Shown here piece by piece: positions 25,575 to 35,170 of a stretch of DNA of 64,000 bases (position 1 is the stretch's first letter; the number at the start of each line of letters is the position of its first letter). This DNA comes from Camelus dromedarius (Eukaryota). The stretch covers positions 3,784,001 through 3,848,000 of the forward strand of contig NC_087438.1 of the NCBI RefSeq assembly GCF_036321535.1, read 5' to 3'. The translations under genes and the position numbers were made by a program. The notes below the pieces were generated by a model. It saw nothing but the letters and a program-made list of their open reading frames with translations. It did no database searches and had not been told where the DNA came from.

Positions 25575-25978
25575 TCTGACGCTAGCCAAAGGCAGTGAAG
25601 ACAGACTTCACTCATTCCTATTGCAAGACAGGCTTCAGTAGGACTGAACCCAACTCCAAACAAGCAAAGCTGGAGGTTTATAGCCAAGGACCAGGGCGAG
25701 GGGTCAGTGGGAGGAAAAGTATTTAGAAGGGATGCCACGGGTAGGGATTTTGCTCAACTGCAGCAGGATTGTTGCCAAGGCAGGCCACGACTTAGGCACC
25801 AGGGGTGGAGGAGGAGGGGCCTGATCGTATGTCAAGGGTGGGGGCTCTTGCTCAACTGACTTAGCAGGATTCTTGTTAAACTGGGTTCGGCAGGACAAGA
25901 TCGGGGCCCCAGGATGAGGTCTCACTGAAAAGAGGCTCAGAGGAGCCTGTCTAAAGTCTGGTCAAGGAGTCTTTGTCA
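25575..25978 (-). mobile_element. MER31/MER67-like ERV1 solo LTR
   Basis: ends aagaggctcagaggagcctgtctaaagtctggtcaaggagtctttgtca (reverse of tgacaaagactc...ttgaccaaacttt); internal ttgctcaactg..agcaggatt repeats. Confidence 0.8.
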
Positions 25979-26095
25979 CCCTGGTGAACAGGGAGCAGGA
26001 GAGAAGCTGAGGTGGCCCCCTGCAGACGTCTTCTCTGCCTCGGCCTTGCCCTCGCCCTGCCCTCACCAGCCCTCCACCACTTGGGCTCCACAGAG

Positions 26096-26933
26096 CAGGT
26101 CCTCCCAGCCCATCCCTCCTCTTCTCAATGGGCCAAAGCAAGTGTCATCCACCTGGCAGCCTCAGCTTGAGTCAGGAACATTCAGCTGGAGCTGGGGTGC
26201 CAGCCACTCCCTGCCCTACAAACCCACAGCCCGGGCTTTACCCAGTCTCACCACGTCTGTGCCGTGTCTGGGAGATGACCCTTTCTCTCCACTGGAAAGT
26301 GAATACAGCCTGTCTTGCACACAGCAGAATTGGGTCCTGGAATGGAGACTCAGGACCCACAGAGCAGCGCGTCCCCAGCAGGTGGGTGAGCTCTCCAGGC
26401 CTTTGCAGCAGACTCCTGCCCCAGTCGTCACAGCAGACACCTCGTGGGCTCCAAACAGGGACTCCTGGCCCAAAGAGGTGTAGCTGGCAGTGCAGGGCCA
26501 TGCAGACCCTGTCTGAGGGGCCCTGGGGACCACCCTCCTGCTGCTGCTGGTGTCTGCCCCACAGGCCCTCCCTGTTCTCACCTGTTCCCCAGGGCCGATG
26601 CCGGGGTTCCACCCTCCTCCTCCAGCAGTGCCACTTCTGGGCCAGTGACTGCTCCCTCTCCTCTGGGAGATGGGATCCTGAGTCCTTTCCAGGACCCACT
26701 TCTGTTGTGTGCAAGGCAGACTGTATTCACTTTCCAGTGGAGAGAAAGGGTCATCTCCCAGACACGGCACATACGTGGTGAGACTGGGTAAAGCCCGGGC
26801 TGTGGGTATGTAGGGCAGGGAGTGGCTGGCACCCCAGCTCCAGCTGAATGTTCCTGACCCATGCTGAGGCTGCCAGGCAGATGATACTTGCTTTGGCCTG
26901 CTGAGAAGAGGAGGGATGGGCTGGGAGGACCTG
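26096..26933. repeat. Long inverted repeat: arms 26096-26359 and 26671-26933, ~311-bp spacer
   Basis: manual alignment of left arm with reverse complement of right arm: 15 substitutions and 2 small indels in ~264 bp. Confidence 0.97.
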
Positions 26934-28799
26934 GGCAGCCCCCACGGTGAAATGTACTGAGATGTTGCACTGCATAACCTGAGAGTTACTTTTCCAAAAT
27001 AGAAATGATGGATTTGTGCAGATCTGTCTGTGAACTTCTTACCTGTCTCCTCCCCACTGCTGAACGAAATGAAACCTCCCTAGAGTTGGTGAAATGTATT
27101 TGAATATAAGAACTGCAGGTGATAGAAATAAAGCCAAATCTCTACATTATTTTTCATTAGTAATTCATTGAGCTACCTGTCCGCCGACTATTCAATCAGC
27201 CCTTCCACTGGGGAGGGAGGAAGAGCAAATTGCGCATCTGTTTGAAGTCACCCTCTCCCTGATGCCTTTGAGATGGAGAATTTGCCCATTTTTCCTTGAA
27301 GGATCAGAGGCCAGAGAAGTTTTTGCAGTCTCGCCTGCAGGTGGGGCTCACACCAGGGAGATGCTCAGTGCGTCCCGGGAAGTGTTGTTCTGTGCAGTCT
27401 CTCTGCCCACTGCCGTTGTGCGACGGTCCTCTTTGCTGCGGAGCCTCTTCTCCTGTGCTTCCCTTTCCTCTTCAGAAGTGAAGTGTGGCCAGTCAGCGGG
27501 GCTGTGTGCGCTGCCCCACGTGAGCCTCGCAAGTGGCTGCTCCGTTGCTCCTTTGCTGCTCCCTTGAGGTTTCTTCCCAACATCCAGTGATCCCTCCGCA
27601 GAGCTGTGCTGAGGGGCTCACGCCTGCTCTCTGCTTTCCCTCTTAGGCAGCCAAATCCCCACCTGAATAGCTGTGGGAACAGCCTGAGAGTCTCTGGGTG
27701 GGACAGTGCTTTTTAAAATCAAAGCGCCTCTACCTTTGTGACTGGCAGGCCCAGGGAGCTTTGTAAGCTGATTTCTTTTCCTGCCTGATGGAGTCAGAAT
27801 ATCTTGCCCAGATGCCTGGTGTTGGGAAGGGCAGGTCAATGTTAGCGGGACTTGCCATACGCTAATTTGACCTAAAGGCTTTCTGAGCTCATACGGGCTC
27901 TTCTACTGGACCAGAGATGCAGGACGGAAAGCATGTTCTTCTTTCAGCCACTATGATGAGCAAGTGTCTGCAGCGCAGACTTAAATTTAACCAAAATATT
28001 ATGATGACAAGCAGCTCAAGCTCACAATCAAGGAAGGAATCTCAAAGATGGAGACAGGAGACAAGTTGGGCTTCTTACAAATTTGTGCTGTTTTATTGTA
28101 GCAAATGCTGGTGTGTTGGAACTCAGGGCACTCCCAGTCCCTCCTATAGGTCTACCCTGGTCCAGGCTTTGCTGTGGTCATTTCATGATGGAGTGGTCTG
28201 CAACCCAACACCGGAGTTAAGTGCAGAAGGAACACGGGAGAGTTGTGTGCTTGGTGCAAGCAGAGGACCCCTCCTGGGCAGAGGGCATGTGAGTCGGGCT
28301 TTGAAGAAAGCTGGGATTCTGTGCAGGGGGACTGGAGAAGGGCCTGCAGGAGGAGGAAGGAGGCTGGGAGCTGAGACCTCCTTTGCTCAGAGGCTTAGAG
28401 TTATTCAGAGTCAGAACGCCATGGCCAGCATTAGGCTGGCCTCAGCGCTAGCCCACTCTCAGATTGAGGCAGGCCTTGGTTTTTCTCATTGTGGGGCCCA
28501 CTTGAAATGACAGTCACCCCTGATTGTGCCTTTAGATCACAGTCAAACAATGCACGTGTAACCCTGAGTGCAAGCTCTGGGGTCACAGCTGTCCTGTGAC
28601 TTCACCACGGAGCAGACAGCCACCAGCTCCCAATGCACCAAGCCTCCCCCTTGGGTGTGTCCAACAGCCAGTAAGTGATGGAAGGCGGGGGGTGGGGGGT
28701 GCTGACCAGCACAGCACACTGCCTGGGCTCAGCTCCTCATCTGCAGAGACAATAGCTTCCCACGTTCTGTGGGCCTTCCTAGCTGCCCTTTCAATACGG

Positions 28800-28910
28800 C
28801 AGAAGGAGTCCCTGAAATTATGTGCAAAACTGGGGGCTGTGTGCGGGCATCTGAATTTTCTGGGAAGCAGGACTTCCATCAGATTCTCAGAGAAGGCCCT
28901 GAGCCCCACA
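28800..28910. mobile_element. hAT-Charlie-type fragment
   Basis: ccctgaaattatgtgcaaaa...ttttctgggaag...ttccatcagattctca. Confidence 0.55.
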
Positions 28911-29442
28911 GCTCAGGAGCCCCCACAGGAGCTGTTACTCCCCTTCTTCCTGCCCAGTCCCCCGGCCCCGGGCAGACCTGGGGGCAGGAGCAGTTGCTCT
29001 GCTCCTGCGGGGAGGACTGGCTCTCAAGGCACCCCTGCCTCCTGCGAGACACGCTTGGATGGAGAAAGGCCTGCCTCCTGTAACCCAAGGGACCCTTCCC
29101 TTTTCTCTTCTTCCAGAAGCCCAAGCTCATTTGCTTGATAAGAGTCCCAGGGAGGGACCACTGCACTCAGAGGTCCATACTTTCCCCTCTAGTACTCTTC
29201 AAAATAACTTTCGCCGTGAATCTGCTACAATGAAAAGTGGACCCCAGGTCTGCTCTTTCCTGTCGGTGCCTGGCTTAGTTTATTGGTAAGCGCTTTGGAA
29301 GATTCCGTGTGGGCACCTGCTGACCTCCCTGCTCGGTCCTCCTGCCCAACGTGGGGCAAGCTTGCCCCGTGTGCTGATTCCTCAGTGGTTTTCTTTGGCA
29401 ATTTGATTTTCTGGAGCTCATGTCAGAGTTATTTTAAGGGTT

Positions 29443-30135
29443 CAGCACTGCCCGCTAGAGTTTCCTACAGTAATGGTAAAGCCCTATATCTGCCCCTTTC
29501 AGTGTGGCAGCCACTAGCCACACGTGGCTTTGGCACTTGGCGTGTGGTTCGTGGGAATGAGAACTTGAGGTCAGCAGGGTAGTGACCTCCCCAGCGACAT
29601 GCATGTCCTTGTAGCTGGAAACTGAATACATGATCTTACCTGGTGAGGGGGGACTGAGGTGACGGAGGAATTAAGGCTGCTAGTGAACTGACCTTCAGGA
29701 GGGAGATTGTTCTGGATTCCTCTCGGGCCCAGTGTCATCACAAGCATCCTTCAAAGTGGCAGAGGGAGGTAGGGGAGGACATCGGTGATGAGACGTGAGA
29801 GGAGCTCCAATGGCCATTGCTGGCCTGGAAGACAGAAGGACCCTGAGCCCAGGGACGTGGGAATGTGGGTGGCCACTAGAAGCTGGAAAAGGCAAGAGTT
29901 TTCAGAAAGGAACACAGCCTTGCTGACAATTTTAGCCCAGTGAGACCAGGTTGGGCCTCTGACCTCTAAAACTGTAGGATCACATATTTGTGTTGTTTTA
30001 AATCACTAAATGTGGAATAATTTTTTACAGCAGAAATAGAAAAGTAATACAGTACTAATCAATTTTAATTGAATTAATTTAAACGAGGAGCCCCGTGTGG
30101 CTGGTGACTCCCATGCCACCCACCCCAGTGGAGGC
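29443..30135. mobile_element. MER3-like hAT DNA transposon split by an MLT1D insertion
   Basis: left part 29443-29565 (gcagccactagccacacgtggct), right part 30057-30135 (tttaattgaattaatttaaa...gtgtggctggtgact). Confidence 0.75.
29566..30051 (+). mobile_element. MLT1D-type MaLR solo LTR
   Basis: TG...CA ends, 5-bp flanks gaact/gtact; agaagctggaaaaggcaag, tagcccagtgagacc, tgtgttgttttaaatcactaa, gaaaagtaataca. Confidence 0.9.
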
Positions 30136-30352
30136 TGCAGCGCCCTGAGGCAGTCAACACACAGACGGTGCCGTCAGTGACCCTACCAGACCCAGAAACC
30201 TGCCTCACTGCCCTCCTTGTCACTTCTTATCCACCCTCTCTCTCTGCACAAAGAATGTCGCCCCGTCTTCCAGTTCTCCAAGGACCAAGTCATTGACACT
30301 GCGGTCTCTGAACTTCTGGGACCCTGGAAGGAATGCAAGATGAAGCAGTCTG

Positions 30353-30682
30353 TGTTGGATACACAGGCCCCTACACATGTTAAGATGCATGTCTAAGGAA
30401 GACGCTCAGTGACTCCAGACTCTTGCATTTCCCATGCATAGAAAAACACCGAAATCATTAACTTGAGACGTCTGTTCTTTTTGATGAGCAGTAGTCTTTT
30501 TTAGCTCGACTATGTGGATTTCCAAAAAAATTCACATTCACGCCAGCTCCTCCTCTTCCACTTCAGAACAGCTTCTCCAAGCTGTCTGAGAGGCTCTCCC
30601 AGGCCATGATCATCAGTAAGATCCCCAAGTAAAGCTAAAACTCTCTGTTCTTACATTGTGCATTTTTTTTTTCCAGCCAACA
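30353..30682 (+). mobile_element. ERV1-type solo LTR (subfamily uncertain)
   Basis: tgttgg...ccaaca termini, flanks tctg/tctc; ctgagaggctctcccagg...cagtaag..agtaaa...ttgtgcattttt..cagccaaca. Confidence 0.7.
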
Positions 30683-33029
30683 TCTCTCTCCTAGCTTTCT
30701 GCCCTCTGATATGGTAGAGAAACAGGATGGGCTGATTTACTGTGGGAGGTAGACCCTGCCTGGAAACATTCATCACCAGGGTTCCCATCTGCCTCTGTGC
30801 AAGCCTCGTTGGGCCCCCAGTTACCACTGGCCTGGGTCACAGGCAGGCCATCGGAATGTGCTGACGGGAGCCAGGGACATCCTTCACCTGCCTGGACGAA
30901 GGGTTCTTCTACCAGCAGATGAAGCTGAAGGTTGAAGGGATGAACTTGAAGGGGCAAATGAGGCCCACAGGTGTCACAGGCCTTCCTGGAATCCCTCTGA
31001 AAGCAGAGGGGAAACAAAACAGAACAAAATAAAAGCCAGAGGGGCTGTGAGAGAGGAAAGGGTGTGATGCATGCGCCACTTTTCCTACCATGAGTGGGTG
31101 GACAGGGAGATATTTTGGGTGCATTGACCATGGATTCCATTTGAGAAGTTAAAACCTGAGCCACCCTCTCGGGGAGCATTATTGTTTGCATGCAAAACAG
31201 CAACCTCAAGATTTCTGTAATCACCACTTTGACCCTGTGCTCCAACGCAATACCTGCTAAGGTGGGACAAAAAGGCAAAGGAGTTTGTTCTATCCATTAA
31301 GATGCGAATAAGTGAAGAAAATGCCTTATTTCCTCCCTAAATAGATCTCATTAACTCTTTTAAAAAATGTTTTCTTTGCATTGTTACAAAAGCAATTACT
31401 ACAAAGCTCATTGCAAAATATGAGAAAACCATACAAGAAATACATACAGGAAGATGCACAGAAGAACATAAGATCAATCATTGACATGAAACATACCATT
31501 TTTCATGTTTTCCTGCAATAGTTGCTCCCCGTCAAGAGAGATATTTAGGAAAGCAGATTTGCGGCTGGTCTCACCCTGCGGCTAGATCAGGAAGGACCAT
31601 GAAAGCCACACCTCAGGGGTCAGCCTCGAAGGAGTTTAGACAACGGAGAAACTTGAAGGTGTGCAGCAGGGCAGATGTGTTACCAGATGCCGCTTAGGAA
31701 GGTGGGCAGGGGGGAAGCTGGAGGCAGGGATCCCACAGGGACCAGGGGAAGAGCCGCAGGGCGAGTGGCGAGGCAGCCACGGATCGGGGGAGGACGCGGC
31801 AGACGAGGGCTCTGAGCGGGCGCAGCCCCCAGGACGCAGTAACTTGCCGAATGGATGGCGTGAACAGCAGGGAGGCGCACCTGCCTTTTACACGTTGTAA
31901 ACAGCGCTGCGAAGTAGCACCCTTGAACAGGCATCTTCCAGCTCAGAGCCTCTGATTTCCCCAAGGAAATTACTGCAGGCAGGACGGTGAGTCCAAAGGG
32001 TGTCTGGGCTCTGGGAGAGACTTAACCCGCACCTCTTCTTTCCTACTCCAGTCAGAGCTAAGAGAAGGCGAGTGAGGGAGCAAGGCGGGGAGAGACCCCC
32101 GTGCCAGCGTGCCTCCCCCGGGGGCTGCAGGGGGAGCAGCCGTTCTCACAGCAGCAGGCGCTGTGCAGCTGGACCTACCTCCTCAGCGGGGCGTGACCCC
32201 GTTAGCTTAGGGCCTGTGGAGGTCCGAGGGTTTGTACAGTCCTGTTTTAGGAGAAGGTGAGAAGGACCTAGGGGAGCAGACTGCACACTCAGCCGTGTCT
32301 GCCCGCCGTGCGCAGGAGTCAGGGGGTCACAGGTCAGGCCAGTGTAGGGCCTCATGGAGCCCAGGCAGGGGTGGAAGAGGCGCTTCCCCACAGAAGGCAG
32401 GGAGTTTAATACACGTTGTCCCCTTGGCACCTTTGTGGCAATAACAGGTCTGCAGGGCAAGGCCTTATGCTCTGGTGAGGGGGAAAGTAACCTACAGTGA
32501 GAAGCCGGTCCGACCCCACCTGGCCAAGTGACAAGGGTAGCAGGGCCTGTGCTGCCACGGGCCATCCTGCACCCTGGTATGAAGTGATGAGGTGGCATTT
32601 CGCCCTGCGGTGCCCTTCCCCAGATCTAAGAGGACATCAGATAAGCCCACATGGGACATTTGACAGGAGACTTGACCAGTGACCTCAAGACTCTCAGGTC
32701 AGGAACCACAGGAGGTGCCAAGGCACTGAGGAGACGTGGCAGGTCAACACGCCTGGCTGGGATCCCAGAACAGGGAGGCAACATGGGATGGAAAACTACC
32801 GATGCCCCGTGAGGCCAAGGTTGCATTGATAGGAATGTGCCCATGCTGATTGCATTTTATTTTAGCTTTTTTTTTTTTCAGTTTTTACTCACATGCCATG
32901 GTGATGTCAGACCCTTTCAGTGGGACTGCTGGGTGAGGAGGGGTGCACCCAAACTCCACACACCCCCCTCACAACTTTCCTCTGAGTCCAAAATTATTCC
33001 ATAACAACCAAAGTTTATGTAATACTAAA

Positions 33030-33105
33030 AAGCATACAGTGTTTAAAGCATTCAGCATCAAGTCTGGCACAGAGTAAGCACCCGATAAATATTTGTCGTC
33101 GTTGA
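33030..33105 (+). mobile_element. MIR/L2 3'-end fragment
   Basis: aaagcattcagca...tctggcacagagtaagcacccgataaatattt. Confidence 0.7.
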
Positions 33106-33288
33106 AACAAAAATTAGAAAAAAACATTAAAAACCTCACTTTGATCAGCTCCTGGCCCATCCTAACTTGGGGTCAGGTCTCCGCTACCAAGGTGTATGTT
33201 CTTTATTCTGAAGAACTGGAAGGGGATTCTCTGGAAAGACTTCACTGCAGATGTGGCATATTTACATTTTAGAAAGACAATCCCTGAG

Positions 33289-33435
33289 AGGGGGAGGGTA
33301 TAGCTTAGTGGTAGAGCACAAGCTTAGCACACACAAGGTCCTGGGTTCGATCCCCAGTACCTCCATTATAAATTAATTAATTAATTAATTAATTAATTAA
33401 TTAATTAATTAATCTAATTACCCCCCTCCCCAAAA
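33289..33435 (+). mobile_element. Vic-1-type camelid tRNA-derived SINE
   Basis: ggggagggtatagcttagtggtagagc (A box), gggttcgatcccc (B box), AT-rich repeat, ctaattacccccctcccc tail; imperfect TSD agaaagacaatccctg / agaaagataattctg. Confidence 0.85.
33371..33413. repeat. (AATT)n microsatellite inside the SINE
   Basis: 43 bp of perfect AATT repeat. Confidence 0.97.
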
Positions 33436-34685
33436 GAAAGATAATTCTGGTGGCAGTTTATAGGATAGGAGAGGAAGTCAGGGATCTATTTAAGGCCATT
33501 GCAATAATTAAAGTCACAACACTGTGCGTATCTGATTCAGATCAGGGCAGTCAAGTCAGGATAGAAATAGGAAACTGATGGGAGGCAGCCTGCGGGAAGA
33601 ACTAACGGGACTTAACAACCAGCCACATGTGGGAGGAGATGCAAATCACGGCTCGCTGTCCCCAAGGATGCGTTTATACAAGACCCCAGCGTCCTAGGGT
33701 TCTTACTGTCCAGCTGTGTCACCTCAGGCTCCTCTTGGTATCAGGGGCCTCTAGGTCTTTAGCAAGACCAGCGGAGAGAGAAGCCTGGGATGGCAGGGGT
33801 GGGGGCCCGTGGCCTGGACCTTGCAGTGGGTGTCAGGGGAGTAGAAGGCACAGACCCCACAGAAGTGATGGCGAGGTTATCACTGGTCCCAGATGTCCAG
33901 TCCAGAAACAGGGTCTCCATCGAAGAACTGTGTACTGGATGGAATTCCAGCCTGGAATTCAGGCCAGGGCGGTGGAAACACCTGATGTGCTGGTGGTGAG
34001 GCTCTGGGGGAGTCTCCACCCAGGACCCTCCTCCAGGGCTCAGGAAGGCCTGCCGTTAAATTTAAACCCCCAGAGCCCTAGGACCAGAGTGCTGGGTGGG
34101 GAAACTAGGCAAAACCTGAAGAAAGATAAAGGTGCCTCTCTACTGTCAGAGGCTGGAGCGACCCCTGAATTAGGAAGCCATGACAGTGTGGGACCTTGCC
34201 GCCAGCTGTGAAAGAGTTTGCAGCAGAGGCAGAGGACAAAGGGAATGGCTGCTTTACTGCTCAGAAGAGGAAAAGGAAAGAAAGGTGCCTGTGTGAGGAG
34301 CCGCCAGCCAAGCTGGCCAGTGGACGCAGCTCCAGCTGTGGCTCGGGCCACGTGGACTTGTGTGAGAGGCTTCCCCAGTCCTGTCTTCCTTTCGGGTGTG
34401 AGGGAGCCAATCACCTTGTCTCCTGTCCTCGTATGGGCTTTCCCCGTTGTGGTCATGGCACTTATCCACTGTCCCGGTGCTGGTGGGTGTGTCATGCTGA
34501 TACGTCACAATGAGCCTGTGATGCGGCTCAAGGGCCACTGGAAGGCAAATCCTCTGCCATCTTGGGCTTAGTTGGTTCTAACCAGTTCTTGTTTCTCCCC
34601 TTTGCAGCTGCCTCCTGAGACTTAGATAAGAGTAATTGGTTTCTATTTGGGGGAGGGGCAGGGGTATGACCCTGGGGGCAACAGC

Positions 34686-35170
34686 GTTGGCAACGAAAAG
34701 GAAAGTTGCTTTTAGTCAGAATGCCAGTAATCTGGTGCATCCAATGTTCCCCTCAAAAAAAAAAAACCCCAAAACCCCCCAAAACCCCACACATCTCCAA
34801 AGATTCTGCTCAGTCATAAACAAGAGGCAGGGGATTGGGGGGTTCCTTGAGGGGAAACTAGGACCCTGCCCCAAGGCTGGACTATCATTTCTCTTTATTA
34901 ACTAATTAATTAATTAGTTTTTGCATGTTGCTTTTTTACTGAAGTATAGTCAGCTTATACTGTTGTGTCAATTTCTGGTGTGCAGGCTGGACTATCATTT
35001 CTTGACCGCTCCTCTCTTGTCTCTGCGCCCACTACCTTCCTTGATTAGCAACTGTTCAAAGGAAGGGAAGGTCAAGGAGGCTGGAGGAAGCCTATTTCCT
35101 ACAAACAAGAAGCACAGAACATGGAAAGATTTGTTCCAGGGAGGACCCCAGAGGATCCTGCTCAGTTTCA
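34686..35170 (-). mobile_element. ERV1-type solo LTR (tgaaactgagcagga-start family)
   Basis: ends ggatcctgctcagtttca; ggaccctgccccaaggctg, cttgattagcaactgtt, cctatttcctacaaacaagaa. Confidence 0.7.
34874..35002 (-). mobile_element. Ultra-short L1 3'-end insertion with perfect 19-bp TSD, inside the LTR
   Basis: TSD aggctggactatcatttct at 34874-34892 and 34984-35002; insert reverse reads gcacaccagaaattgacacaacagtataagctgactatacttcagt plus tail. Confidence 0.9.

Larger units (their letters stand above)
33240..33640 (-). mobile_element. L2 fragment hosting the SINE
   Basis: atttacattttagaaagataattctggtggcagt, aggccattgcaataat. Confidence 0.6.

Noticed and set aside
26011..26028. Additional CTCF-like motif (also one at ~53381)
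   Set aside because: Several mismatches to the core; expected by chance in GC-rich sequence
26096..26933. Inverted repeat as a pre-miRNA or as TIRs of a DNA transposon
   Set aside because: Stem and loop are far too long for a pre-miRNA; the direct repeat flanks only the left arm, not the whole structure; no strand bias in G-U-compatible changes
26046..26975. Overlapping long ORFs (217, 184, 158 aa) sharing peptides on opposite strands
   Set aside because: The shared peptides simply mirror the inverted repeat; GC-rich sequence, open in many frames, no recognisable protein
27917..28510. 197-aa plus-strand ORF
   Set aside because: Partly overlaps L2-like sequence; no recognisable protein features
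33291..33365. tRNA gene
   Set aside because: A/B boxes are present, but the AT repeat, SINE tail and TSD identify it as a tRNA-derived SINE
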